A stretch of 64,000 nucleotides of DNA from Alphaproteobacteria bacterium (GTDB lineage: Bacteria > Pseudomonadota > Alphaproteobacteria > Caedimonadales > UBA9215), in assembly GCA_965204765.1 (NCBI GenBank), contig CBDBFG010000002.1, positions 73,910-137,909 on the forward strand, in the 5' to 3' direction. Positions within the stretch are counted from its first letter, which is position 1. Each line of letters starts with the position of its first letter. Of this stretch, positions 21,932 through 32,680 are shown piece by piece. The translations under genes and the position numbers were made by a program. Under the pieces are notes generated by a model. The model saw only the letters and a list, made by a program, of their open reading frames with translations, was not told the origin of the DNA and ran no database searches.

Positions 21932-22217
21932 ATATTCCCCATAATAGAAATTAAAAACACTTGAACCTGAACCAACATCAATAAGAGTCAACCGAATTGT
22001 AACAAAAATCCAATAATTTACAATCCAAATCTATCAAATCATGCTTTTTATTACATAAATTTATTATAATATTTTGTTAGTAAACATATCATCCCGTTTA
22101 CCTGCAGATAACAATCGATTTTTTAGTAGCGCCTATCAAACTAATAAAAATTGCTGTGATACAATTAATCATTTGACTAGAATCATGCTAATTCATAGAA
22201 TATTTTAGTGTGTTTTG

Positions 22218-22883
22218 ATGGCGGAGAAAAACGTGAGAAAAAAAATATATATCTCGATAGTGGCTATAGGATGTGCTGTATCAGCGTGTTTATTTATAAA
22301 AAAGTTTTGTTTTAACAATAAACATGGGTATCACCTCGGCAATGCAAAGAACAAAAAAACAGTCACAATTCTGCACAGCAAAAATAGCGGTCAAGCCCTT
22401 ATCGGGGGAGACTTTAACTTAATCGACCACAATGGACAAAAAAAGACTCTTGCTGATTTTAAGGGCAAATTTATGCTGGTCTATTTTGGCTATAGTTTTT
22501 GTCCCGATATTTGTCCAGCAGCATTAAACAACATCACCCATGCTCTAAAAATGATCCCTCATGAAAAACTTAAAAATATCAATCCCATATTTATCACCGT
22601 TGACCCAGAGAGAGATGATGTCAGGCATTTACAAATGTATATCAACAACTATCACGAACTATTTATCGCTCTTACTGGCAATAGGAAACAAATTGATCAA
22701 ATTATACAAAAATATAAAGTATATGCTCAAAAAGCTACTCCTGATGGTACATCTACGGAATATCTAATTGATCATTCATCTATAATTTACTTGATGGATA
22801 GACAAGGAAGATTTATCACCTCGTTTAATCATCAAACACCACCGAAAGAAATATTTACTACTTTAACCAAATATTTAAAATAA
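22218..22883 (+). CDS. SCO1/SenC copper chaperone family protein
   Basis: TM anchor, FGYSFCPDICP (CxxxC) motif, DHS motif near the C-terminus. Confidence 0.85.
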   Translation: MAEKNVRKKIYISIVAIGCAVSACLFIKKFCFNNKHGYHLGNAKNKKTVTILHSKNSGQALIGGDFNLIDHNGQKKTLADFKGKFMLVYFGYSFCPDICPAALNNITHALKMIPHEKLKNINPIFITVDPERDDVRHLQMYINNYHELFIALTGNRKQIDQIIQKYKVYAQKATPDGTSTEYLIDHSSIIYLMDRQGRFITSFNHQTPPKEIFTTLTKYLK

Positions 22884-22901
22884 CAATAAAGAATTCCAAT
22901 T

Positions 22902-23573
22902 ATGAAGCAATTATTAATCATTTTATATCTATTATCTATAGGCATCCTATGTGCACAAGATACCAAGGAAACTATACCAGAGCTACCTGATCTAGTAATA
23001 GGGTCAGAGCAAGCACAAGTAACACTAATAGAATATTCTTCTATTAATTGTGGATATTGCGGATATTTTCATAATGAAATGTTTGCACATATATATAACA
23101 AGTTTATTAAAACTGGAAAAATTAGATATATATATCGACACTTTCCTATAGATTTTCAAGCAGTGCAAGCTATGGTAATCATTGCTAAACAGCCACCGGA
23201 ACAATGGTATAACCTTATAACCAAAGCCTATAAACACCAAGAAGAATGGGTGATGGAAGAAAACCTAACTCAATTTACTCAAATTCTGGGCTTGAATCAT
23301 ATCAAAGACATAGCAAAGTATAAGGACTGTGAAGAAACTAAAGCTTTGGTAGGTGCCAAACGTTACAATGCTGAACAACACATGCAAATTGAGGCTACTC
23401 CTATATTTATACTGGAATATAAAGAAAACGGTACAGAAAAACAAAAAATGATTGATGATGAATTACCATCATTAGAAAATATGATAAAAACGATAAATTA
23501 TGCCCTTTATGATCCCGCAAAGTTACAGAAAAAAAAGGGAATATGCGCATTTTTCCAAAGATTGTTTAAGTAA
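22902..23573 (+). CDS. DsbA-family thiol:disulfide oxidoreductase
   Basis: Signal peptide, thioredoxin-type CGYC active site, DsbA-like length. Confidence 0.75.
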   Translation: MKQLLIILYLLSIGILCAQDTKETIPELPDLVIGSEQAQVTLIEYSSINCGYCGYFHNEMFAHIYNKFIKTGKIRYIYRHFPIDFQAVQAMVIIAKQPPEQWYNLITKAYKHQEEWVMEENLTQFTQILGLNHIKDIAKYKDCEETKALVGAKRYNAEQHMQIEATPIFILEYKENGTEKQKMIDDELPSLENMIKTINYALYDPAKLQKKKGICAFFQRLFK

Positions 23574-24057
23574 CGCCACCTAATCTTAAATAACTTAAGA
23601 TCTGTATAATACTGCAAGCACATTGCAGTAGAAAAACACACGACAAGGCTGAACTGTCACAAGATTTATTAGTACCAACAAATATTATTGCTTTCTAAAA
23701 TGAGAAACCGCTATACCTAAACTATACATAATAAACACTCCACCAGGTGAATCCTATGCTCTGTTGCTCGATCCCATAGCTCAAGAGCAGTCTGCTCTTT
23801 CACCACTCCCTTATCTTGTTGCCCTATATAGTTTGTATCCTTCCCCACCAACATGGCACAAGGATACAGTATCCCTGCTCTGCGCGCTCTGTAACAAAAT
23901 TACAAGCTAATATTAGAAAAATAGTTATGGTTATTTCCTAATATAATTTATTCACATAAGTTTCTTAGCGCTATGAGACATGCAACATTACTAAGTAATA
24001 TAGAGGGAAAAAACCGCGCAACAGTTAATCTACCATACCCAATCTTAAACAAGACAT

Positions 24058-24837
24058 TTATGATGTATTACGCACAGCAGCCGCAAGCAAAGGAGTATTA
24101 CCGCTTGTAATATCATCATGATATGGCTTAGATAAATCAGCTTTTAGGATACGATAAATAGTGATATTTCTTTGTGATACGTTATCACATTCAAGCAACA
24201 ACCTTTTGCTAGATGCCAATTCTACTCTTTTGTGATGCGGTAACATCCTTAAAGTACGCAATAAACAAAGCTTCAGATTTATATCAACAATATCTATGTT
24301 GTCGAAATAATCATCCATAGCTAACAGCTCACTGCGTTCAGATTGCGCAATACTACCCAACAATTGCAACAAATCATCACAATCATTTGTGTTGCATACT
24401 CCTCTAAATAATCTATCAATATATGGTGCGGTTATTTCTCTTTCTGTTTCCGGTATTAACATTAAAGCTTGATTAAAATGAGGAGAACTATTAAAAGGAG
24501 AAAAAGTTACTATCTTCAGCTTCCTTTCAAGTAACTGTGTTAGTGAAAATGGAGTTGTTGAAGTATGATGGGGTCTAGCAACTGTTACTTTTCTTTCAAG
24601 TAACTGTGTTAGTGAAAATGGAGTTGTTGAAGTATTATGAGGTCTAGCAACTGTTACTTTCCTTTCATGTAACTCTATTGCGGAAAATGGATTTGTTGAA
24701 GTATTATGAGGTCTAGCAAATGTTGTTTTTCTTTCAAGTAACTGTGTTAGTGAAAATGGATTTTTTGATGGCATGTAATACGCTCGCTGACAATAAACTT
24801 GTTGTAACAGCAATAAAACTACTAATAATGTACGCAT
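24058..24837 (-). CDS. secreted protein with 23-aa tandem repeats and a helical C-terminal domain
   Basis: Signal peptide MRTLLVVLLLLQQVYC. 3.5 copies of NPFSLTQLLERKxTxARPHNTST. The C-terminal part has ER/KR-x-E-L type helices like the ORF at 53742. Confidence 0.55.
   Translation of the reverse strand: MRTLLVVLLLLQQVYCQRAYYMPSKNPFSLTQLLERKTTFARPHNTSTNPFSAIELHERKVTVARPHNTSTTPFSLTQLLERKVTVARPHHTSTTPFSLTQLLERKLKIVTFSPFNSSPHFNQALMLIPETEREITAPYIDRLFRGVCNTNDCDDLLQLLGSIAQSERSELLAMDDYFDNIDIVDINLKLCLLRTLRMLPHHKRVELASSKRLLLECDNVSQRNITIYRILKADLSKPYHDDITSGNTPLLAAAVRNTS
24520..24762. repeat. 69-bp coding tandem repeat, about 3.5 copies
   Basis: Near-identical 69-nt units visible in the DNA (…ctttcaagtaactgtgttagtgaaaatgga…) and in the translated 23-aa units. 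Confidence 0.8.
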
Positions 24838-25534
24838 AAACTATGTTTCTGTATTATTAATGTAATTAATCGAATGATATATGCTATTCATTAATAATTT
24901 ATTATGAAGAAACTAATGTTTTACTAATACGTAATTATGTTATTACCTGCAAAATAAATTATTACCATGTAAGAATTAGGAAAAAATCCAATCTGTGTAT
25001 AAAAATTATCTGCTTTTATCTCTATATTACTTGAAACAAAACTAATACAGATTGAATAAAGAGAACCTGAACACACTATGTATTTATATCAATGTTTTAT
25101 TATAATTGATCACAGTACTTTATTGCACTATCGTTTATTAATAAGAACTGTAACGACCTGTGATCGCAATACTAAAAGAACATCGTCAATTAAAGACTGT
25201 GCTGTCTCGCTCTAACCAAATGAAATCTAATCGAGCACAATATACATAATAGAATTAAGGCAACCCTATAATGATATATTAATAATCATTATATACCTAC
25301 GAAACGTCCATATAGAACATCTTTTTTATCGGTTACAATCTTTTAAATTCAAGACTTTACCGTAGCCATTGATTAAACACAGATTCTATTTTGTTTTGCA
25401 TTTAAAACTATGTTCAAAGTATTAATGTATTTTAACAAACATCTACATACCAAAACGCCGAGAGTGCACAATCATCACGCACATCGACACACACAGCAAA
25501 ATAGCAGCAATTAGTTCCGATTAATTATAACAAA

Positions 25535-25801
25535 CTAAAGCGTTGCCAAAGATTCGTATGCATTAGGAGATTGAATAGGAGCCTCAACAATATCAACCGA
25601 TACAGCACGCAACCTACCATTTCTTATCTCGGCATCAAATTGTACAAATTGCCCTTCTTCTACGTATCGCAAGCCAGTTTTCTCTAGAACTGTGATATGC
25701 AAGAAAACATCGTTCGTTTTATTATCTTTATCTTCCCCATCCGGTATGATAAATCCGTAACCTTTGGTTTTGTTGAACCATCTAATCGTTCCTGTGGACA
25801 T
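25535..25801 (-). CDS. cspA: cold-shock protein (CSD) with a short C-terminal extension
   Basis: GTIRWFNKTKGYGFI (RNP1-like) and VFLHI (RNP2-like) motifs. Confidence 0.9.
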   Translation of the reverse strand: MSTGTIRWFNKTKGYGFIIPDGEDKDNKTNDVFLHITVLEKTGLRYVEEGQFVQFDAEIRNGRLRAVSVDIVEAPIQSPNAYESLATL

Positions 25802-26056
25802 ATAAGCTCTCCGCGTTTTTATTACTGTTTCTACGCTACCATGGCATTATCTCAAATTTTAATTATTTTTAAAAGTATTTTTATTATTTTTTTACAAATT
25901 ATTAATTTTTGCAATATATCGTAATTGTTTTGCAATATTTTGTAAGAAATGCAGCGCAAAAATAACTATATAAAATCAATTGTTTTATCTGGTGAAAATA
26001 TATCAAACAACTACGAAACAATGCACAGAAATATCCAAAAATGATAGAGACGCTAA

Positions 26057-26090
26057 ATGATAGATGATAGATGATAGATGATAGATGATA
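26057..26090. repeat. heptanucleotide tandem repeat (ATGATAG) x about 4.9
   Basis: Direct reading: atgatag atgatag atgatag atgatag atgata, in the ctrA-cspA intergenic region. Confidence 0.8.
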
Positions 26091-26388
26091 ATTACCTGCT
26101 ATAATACAAAGAAACCAAACAATAGCACAAATTTTCTAGTCTGAAGTAATATAAACGGAATAAATACTGTGCTGCGGAGCGGGAAATCAATAAATAGAAT
26201 TAGAGCACAAAGAATATTGCGCCCATTATTCCATAACCCAATAAAATCACTTATCACACTAATAATGATATACTAGTAGCAACGCAAACCTGTTATATTA
26301 ATGTCACAACCAACTCTTATACCACCAGCATCATAACGACACTAATACAACAGACTAATACACCAAAATTAAGCAAACAACACCAGAC

Positions 26389-27156
26389 TTATACAGGCCT
26401 ATGCCTCTCACCTACTAGCTGTTCATCTATATGGTTCTTTTTTGATTCCTCATTAATAATAGAATGAGGATTATCGTGCTCCTTAGGGGCGCGCAACACA
26501 TACCCTCTACCCCATACGGTCTCTATATAATTCTTGCCATCAAGATTATCAGCTAATTTTTTGCGTAATTTACAGATAAATACATCTATTATCTTGAATT
26601 CGGGCTCTTCCATACCACCATACAAATGGTTAAGAAACACATCCTTGGATAAAGTAGAACCTTTTCTAACAGCAAGCAGCTCAAGAATGGCATACTCACG
26701 CCCTGTTAACCTAATAGGAACACCTTTGGCCTCTATTGTTTTAGTATTCAAATCTATTTTTAACTGACCCACGGTAATCGAAGAGTTAGAATGACCTTGA
26801 GCCCTACGGATAATGGCCCTAACCCTAGCAACCAATTCTTCTTTGTTAAATGGTTTTGTCAAATAATCATCTGCTCCAAAACCTAAACCCTTTATTTTAT
26901 CATCTATATCTGACAAGCCAGACAGAATTAAAACCGGAGTAGAAATTCTTACAGCACGCAATCTACGTAAAATTTCATATCCATCAATATCAGGTAACAT
27001 TAAATCCAAAATAATAAGATCATACTCGTAATGACGCGCAACTTCTAAGCCATCTTCACCAATAGAACAGGTATCACAGACAAAACCCTCTGTCTTCAGC
27101 GACAATTGAATTGTTTTTGCCGTCGCTTGATCATCTTCAATAACTAAAACTCTCAT
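26389..27156 (-). CDS. ctrA: cell-cycle response regulator CtrA (OmpR family)
   Basis: Near-colinear with Caulobacter CtrA as I recall it: MRVLxIEDD, ILDLxLPD, [14 protein letters not shown], [28 protein letters not shown], [13 protein letters not shown]. Confidence 0.9.
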   Translation of the reverse strand: MRVLVIEDDQATAKTIQLSLKTEGFVCDTCSIGEDGLEVARHYEYDLIILDLMLPDIDGYEILRRLRAVRISTPVLILSGLSDIDDKIKGLGFGADDYLTKPFNKEELVARVRAIIRRAQGHSNSSITVGQLKIDLNTKTIEAKGVPIRLTGREYAILELLAVRKGSTLSKDVFLNHLYGGMEEPEFKIIDVFICKLRKKLADNLDGKNYIETVWGRGYVLRAPKEHDNPHSIINEESKKNHIDEQLVGERHRPV

Positions 27157-27216
27157 AATTACTCCCCTGTCTGTTTTTGTTTTTGTTCAAGACATGATAT
27201 CATACTTCGCCAAACG

Positions 27217-27231
27217 TTAACAACCGGTTAA
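27217..27231 (-). promoter_or_regulatory. candidate CtrA box (TTAA-N7-TTAA) upstream of ctrA
   Basis: TTAACAACCGGTTAA lies about 60 nt upstream of the ctrA ATG. The motif is palindromic in its half-sites, and chance occurrence is possible in AT-rich DNA. Confidence 0.4.
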
Positions 27232-27460
27232 TAAGCTACTTACAAGTCATACAAAATACAAACACAAGATAATGAAATACCGACCAAGTCGATTGTAATA
27301 TATTTTTTTGTCAAAATAAACTATTCTTTTACCTTTAGTACATAAAAAATTAACTTTTACTTTATTTAGACACTACACTAAAAATTATATTGTAAAAAAT
27401 AACATTTTATATGATTATCAGTGGCAATAGTGAATTTATATTTATCTAAAGAGAGCAATT

Positions 27461-30400
27461 ATGACAAATAATGCTGGTTATTACAGTTACCCTATAATTT
27501 TCGATAAAAATATAGCATTTGTTAGCGAATGCGATCTGTGGACCGTTAGTACAGATAACTTAGTTGCCCGCAGATTAACTTGCAACCGTGGCATTATTAA
27601 GACACCTGTCTACTCTCCATGCGGGCAATATATAGCTTTTTCCTGTACAACAGAAGGCAAATCAGATCTTTATCTTATCCCTGCTAATGGTGGAGAAATG
27701 AAAAGGATCACTTACATGGGTGACGATGTAAATGTGCTTTGCTGGAATAAAGAAGGAATATATTTCTCATCATCTTATAATCAGCCATTTATAAAGTTAA
27801 ACGCCATTTGGAAAATTGCACACCCTAACTTAGAACCAAAAATGTTAAATATTGGTCCCGCAAATTATATCAGCTTTTCCAGCGACAATAAAGAAGCCGT
27901 TATTCAGCGTCATGGCTACAAAGAATACAGTTATTGGAAAAGATATCGCGGCGGAACCGCGGGCGATCTGTGGATTTCAGAAAGTGGCATGACAAATTTC
28001 AAGAAATTACTAAAATTAGATTCTGATTTAGCCAGACCAATCTGGATTAAAGACCAAATTATATTTAGTTCTGATCACGATGGTATTGGCAACTTGTATT
28101 CTACTGATAAAAATGGCAAAGATATCAAGCAGCTTACACACCATCAAGACTATTACGTACGCAACCAATACAGTGACGGCAAAAATATTATATATCAATC
28201 AGGAGGTGATATTTGGTTATTAGAACTATCAACCAATAAATCTCAAAAATTAGATATTAAATACCATAGTGATAGACAAGGAAGATGCCGTAAATTTTTT
28301 AATATAGAAAAACATTTGCAAGGATACGAGCTACATCCTAACGGGAAATTTATCGCGATTATTAGTCGAGGCAAACTCTTTGTACTAGGTAACTGGGAAG
28401 GACACGTTAAACAAATAGACGATCAAAGCACTGTGCGTTACAAACTTCCTAAATGGCTTAACGATGGTAAAAGATTGCTATTAATTAGTGATGACTCAGG
28501 CGAGGAAGAAATCAAAATTTATGATATAGAACAATCTCAGTTCGTTAATCAATCTAACAACATAGATATTGGCAGAATAACTGATATTTGGGTTAATCCT
28601 AAAAATGACAGCCTAATAATTTTCAACCATAGAAACGATATATTACATATTACCCTTCCCAATTGGGAAGTCAGCATAATAGATAACAGCGAATACAACA
28701 AACCTATAGGAGGAAGCTGGTCTCCAGACGGTAAATGGTTTACGTATTCTGTATCATCAGTATCTAGAAAACAAATGGCCATCAAATTATTTAATACAGA
28801 GACAAAAAAAGTATCTCAAATCAGCAATCCTGTTTTGGTAGATGAGACTCCTGTATTCGATCCAGAAGGAAAATTTATTTATTTTATCTCACACAGAACA
28901 TTAGAAGCAAACCTTGATAATGTCATGTTTGAATATGGCTTTGGTCCGTCTGCCAAAATTTACGCTATTGCGCTACAGCAGAATACCCCATCACCATTCC
29001 TGAAGCCCTTATCCACCATGGCAATTAATGATGAAGAAAATACGAAAAGCAATAATAAAAATGATGAAACTAAAGAAAAACAGTGTGATGTCAATATCGA
29101 TTTAGACAATATACATAATCGTGTATTTGAATTTCCTATTGATGCTGGCCATTATTATAATTTGACAGCGACCAAGGATAAATTATTTTTTATTTCGCGC
29201 CTGCCTGAAACAGATAGCGAAGAAAACCACCAAGACAATGAAGCCTCCAATGTTGCTCTGGAATATTTTGACTTTGAACATTTAAAAACTGATAGCATAG
29301 GTATGGGAGTACATGACATCCAAATCTCGCATAATCATGACACAATGCTTCTCAGAATGAACCATAAACTTAGAGTGCTAAAAACAGGAGAAAAACTAAA
29401 CTCGGAGCAAGGATTTAATCCTAAAAGTGGCTGGGTAGATATTAATAGAGCGAAATTAATAGTCAACCCAGTGGAAGAATGGAAACAAATGTACGGCGAA
29501 GCCTGGAGATTACAACGTGATCATTATTGGGTAGAAGATATGTCATCTATTGATTGGCAAATGATTTTCGATAGATATCGTACTCTACTAGAAAGAATAT
29601 CCAATCGTAATGAGTTTAGCGACTTGATGTGGGAAATGCAGGGTGAACTTGGCACTTCTCATTCGTATGTGATAGGAGGAGATACCAAAAAATCAGTATG
29701 CTGGTCACAAGGATCACTTGGTGCTGATTTTATCTGGGATGAAAATGAAAAAGCATACAAAATTAGCAACATTGCACGAGGAGATATCTGGGATACTGAC
29801 GCTTCTTCTGCTTTAATTAATACAGGAATTAATGTAAAAAATGGTGATTATTTATTATCCATCAATCAACAAAAATTAACTAAAGAAATCACCCCTAATC
29901 AATTATTATTCAATCAGCAACATTCTATAATTGAATTAAAGGTTTGTAGCAAAAATGCAAAAAATAAAAAAACATTTTTAACAAAACCATCAACCAATTT
30001 ATATAAAGCAAGATACCGAGACTGGGTAGAAAACAATAGAAAATACATCGACAAAAAAACTAATGGCAAAGTAGGCTACATACATATACCCAATATGGAC
30101 TCCTTGGGCTTTGCAGAATTTCATCGCTATTTTATGCAAGAATTAGATAAAGACGGCCTGATAATTGATGTTAGATTTAATGGCGGTGGTCATATCTCCC
30201 AATTACTACTGTCTAAATTGGTGCGTAAACGTCTGGGCTATGACAAGACTAGATGGCACGGCACAGTCCCTTACTTTGACGAATCTCCGACAGGACCTAT
30301 GGTGACCCTTACTAATGAATACGCTGGCTCTGATGGAGATATCTTTTCGCATGCATTTAAAATGTTAGAACTTGGACCATTGATTGGTAAAAGAACTTGG

Positions 30401-30685
30401 GGAGGAGTTATTGGAATTTGTCCACGCTATGGATTAGTTGACGGTGGAATGACCACACAACCAGAATTTTCCTTTTGGTTTAAAGATGTCCATTGGTCTG
30501 TTGAAAACTATGGCGTAGACCCTGATATAGAGATCGAAATCAAACCACAAGATTACATGGATAATAAAGATCCACAAATTGATGCAGGATTGCAAGAGCT
30601 AGATAAGATTATGCAAAATGACACTTTACCAAAAGAGCCAGATATGGTAACCAGGCCAGACTTGTCTCTTCCATTTACAAAATAA
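27461..30685 (+). CDS. tricorn-protease-like S41 peptidase (beta-propellers + PDZ + S41)
   Basis: N-terminus YYSYPIIFDKNIAFVSECDLWTV...SPCGQYIAFS and repeated TolB-like propeller blades. C-terminal S41 region (GYIHIPNM, DVRFNGGG, AGSDGDIFS, GKRTWGG). 1074 aa. Confidence 0.85.
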   Translation: MTNNAGYYSYPIIFDKNIAFVSECDLWTVSTDNLVARRLTCNRGIIKTPVYSPCGQYIAFSCTTEGKSDLYLIPANGGEMKRITYMGDDVNVLCWNKEGIYFSSSYNQPFIKLNAIWKIAHPNLEPKMLNIGPANYISFSSDNKEAVIQRHGYKEYSYWKRYRGGTAGDLWISESGMTNFKKLLKLDSDLARPIWIKDQIIFSSDHDGIGNLYSTDKNGKDIKQLTHHQDYYVRNQYSDGKNIIYQSGGDIWLLELSTNKSQKLDIKYHSDRQGRCRKFFNIEKHLQGYELHPNGKFIAIISRGKLFVLGNWEGHVKQIDDQSTVRYKLPKWLNDGKRLLLISDDSGEEEIKIYDIEQSQFVNQSNNIDIGRITDIWVNPKNDSLIIFNHRNDILHITLPNWEVSIIDNSEYNKPIGGSWSPDGKWFTYSVSSVSRKQMAIKLFNTETKKVSQISNPVLVDETPVFDPEGKFIYFISHRTLEANLDNVMFEYGFGPSAKIYAIALQQNTPSPFLKPLSTMAINDEENTKSNNKNDETKEKQCDVNIDLDNIHNRVFEFPIDAGHYYNLTATKDKLFFISRLPETDSEENHQDNEASNVALEYFDFEHLKTDSIGMGVHDIQISHNHDTMLLRMNHKLRVLKTGEKLNSEQGFNPKSGWVDINRAKLIVNPVEEWKQMYGEAWRLQRDHYWVEDMSSIDWQMIFDRYRTLLERISNRNEFSDLMWEMQGELGTSHSYVIGGDTKKSVCWSQGSLGADFIWDENEKAYKISNIARGDIWDTDASSALINTGINVKNGDYLLSINQQKLTKEITPNQLLFNQQHSIIELKVCSKNAKNKKTFLTKPSTNLYKARYRDWVENNRKYIDKKTNGKVGYIHIPNMDSLGFAEFHRYFMQELDKDGLIIDVRFNGGGHISQLLLSKLVRKRLGYDKTRWHGTVPYFDESPTGPMVTLTNEYAGSDGDIFSHAFKMLELGPLIGKRTWGGVIGICPRYGLVDGGMTTQPEFSFWFKDVHWSVENYGVDPDIEIEIKPQDYMDNKDPQIDAGLQELDKIMQNDTLPKEPDMVTRPDLSLPFTK

Positions 30686-30881
30686 AATTGGGTAATCAAA
30701 GCAAATCAACAGAAAAGTATCAAACCTAAAACTGGTACATACTAGCTGGGCAAGTTGAACGGCTATACAAAGTTAAATAAATTGCTATTCCTCATCAACA
30801 ACTACCTACTCAACAGAATGCCAGATAATTACCTCATAACTACTAAGCCATTCTACACAATTATATCGCATAATAACCTTA

Positions 30882-31760
30882 CTAGCCCATTTTAGAAAGA
30901 TGAACTAGCATCTTCCTAGCTTTGTCATGACCATGACTTGATGCTTTAATGAACCATTGCTTCGCTTCTTCTTTGTTCTCATAACCAAATTCTTTTCTAA
31001 AATAGATCATACCCAGCCAATATTCTGCTGTTGGGTTAAGCTTCTCAGCCGCTGCTTTCAGTAACAAAATTGCTTTTGGTATATCCCTAATATCTTGCTC
31101 TAATTTTAATATCCCCATATAAAAGAACCCTAAGTGCATATATGACACAGGAACACCAGCCCCTTGTTCAACAACTTCTTCGAGCATAGCAAACGCCAAC
31201 GGAAGATCTTTGTCCACTTCTTCACCACCCATAGCATGCATAAATCCTAAAAGTCCTTTTGCCGCCGAACATCCCTTCTCATTTGACTCAGATAACACCC
31301 TAAAAGCTTTACCAACATCTTTTTCCACAGCATGACCAAATAATAAAAATGCTCCTGTCATATATTTTCCTAAACAACAACCATTTGCTGCAGATCCTTG
31401 ATATAACCTAAATGCCTCGTTAATATCTTGCTCTACTCCAATTCCTTTATCATACATAAAACCTAATAAAAATTGCGCCAATCCATGGTGACTAGCCCCA
31501 TATCGACGCATTAGGTCACTATCAATTTCTAACTGGTCCTGTTCTGTACATTGCAATTGCTCTACCACTGACACACAATACTTACTGACCTCATCTGTTT
31601 TGTCACAAAAATCGCGCAGTGTGTGTTGCCAATTAACAAAACAAGGCGAATGTAATGCTTTAGAGGGATAGCCATCTAAAGCTTGATCATCTTCAGAAAC
31701 TGCATTAAGGCATTGCATCACGATACTTATTATTATCATTATTTTACATATTTGTGTCAT
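30882..31760 (-). CDS. secreted Sel1-repeat (SLR/TPR-like) protein
   Basis: Signal peptide and multiple Sel1 units (e.g. AQFLLGFMYDKGIGVEQDINEAFRLYQGSAANG, AEYWLGMIYF...NKEEAKQWFIKASSHGH). Confidence 0.8.
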   Translation of the reverse strand: MTQICKIMIIISIVMQCLNAVSEDDQALDGYPSKALHSPCFVNWQHTLRDFCDKTDEVSKYCVSVVEQLQCTEQDQLEIDSDLMRRYGASHHGLAQFLLGFMYDKGIGVEQDINEAFRLYQGSAANGCCLGKYMTGAFLLFGHAVEKDVGKAFRVLSESNEKGCSAAKGLLGFMHAMGGEEVDKDLPLAFAMLEEVVEQGAGVPVSYMHLGFFYMGILKLEQDIRDIPKAILLLKAAAEKLNPTAEYWLGMIYFRKEFGYENKEEAKQWFIKASSHGHDKARKMLVHLSKMG

Positions 31761-32108
31761 AACCTGTCTTCCATAAATTACTATCTTGATCTATATACAT
31801 GCATTATTAATAAATTGTTAATATAGCATTTGCAACCTGAATTATTAACTACTCCAATTAATCACCAGGTATTCTAACTCAACTATTTATTCTTATAATA
31901 AAAGATTGTCTAAAACTCCATGAATATCAAACACAGGATAGAATGAGACCATTAAAAATATAAATTATTACATTTACATATTCACAACATTACATGAAGC
32001 CTTGCAATAAATACAAAAATTAGAGCTAAGGACATTTTTACTCTAATCAATAAAATAATCATTTATAAAATTTTGTAAACTACCCAAAATTTACAATCTT
32101 GAATCATG

Positions 32109-32645
32109 TCATATTTTACCTAATATGGCACTCATATCCTTTGATTTACTACCTCTAGATGATCCAAATTCAAAGGAATAAGCATCTTTTAAACAAGATC
32201 CAAATATTCCAGCAATAGTCGAAATAATCCCTACCGCCTCACCTGGCAATTCTGACTTGTAATGCGCCAATGCAACTAAACATGCTAATAAACCTGCGGC
32301 AGCGGCCAATACCATCACATCTGCTCTAACATTATATTTACCAGAATTAATAAAACTAATATCCCTTGCTCTAGCATTCTGTATATCTTGCAAGTAATTT
32401 ACTTCTATTTCTTTTTCTAAAGACAAAACCTCTGTTTGAAAACGCAATAATAACTTAGGATCTGTTTGTAAAACTTTTACGGCCTCACCTGGATCAGAAC
32501 TACCAGAAACTTTTTTCGCAATTTCTATTAAACTTTTGGCAATCTTATGCTGATCAGCAATATTTGATCTGTTTACCCCAAACCACTTTGCGATCGACGG
32601 AACCAAATCTGCTAAGGAACTTGCAATCTTTATAAATGACATCAT
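32109..32645 (-). CDS. holin-like membrane protein (resembles the 3TM GTA-release holin family)
   Basis: Soluble N-terminal half, the motif QDIQNARAR, then hydrophobic helices (VMVLAAAAGLLACLVAL, AVGIISTIAGIFG). Sits directly after the hydrolase gene. Confidence 0.5.
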   Translation of the reverse strand: MMSFIKIASSLADLVPSIAKWFGVNRSNIADQHKIAKSLIEIAKKVSGSSDPGEAVKVLQTDPKLLLRFQTEVLSLEKEIEVNYLQDIQNARARDISFINSGKYNVRADVMVLAAAAGLLACLVALAHYKSELPGEAVGIISTIAGIFGSCLKDAYSFEFGSSRGSKSKDMSAILGKI

Positions 32646-32680
32646 TGTATCCTATATGATTTATATCTTATGTATTATAT

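Noticed and set aside
23737-23891. Assignment of the GC-rich island to SRP RNA, 6S RNA or two-piece tmRNA
   Set aside because: The conserved SRP domain IV (GGAAGCAGCC-like) and the tmRNA T-arm and tag-reading-frame features are absent. It is kept only as an unclassified candidate.
31761-32108. Attachment-site direct repeats flanking the phage-like cluster (compared with 41643-41971)
   Set aside because: I found no shared repeat longer than a few AT-rich bases by eye. This needs a computed alignment to exclude short att cores.
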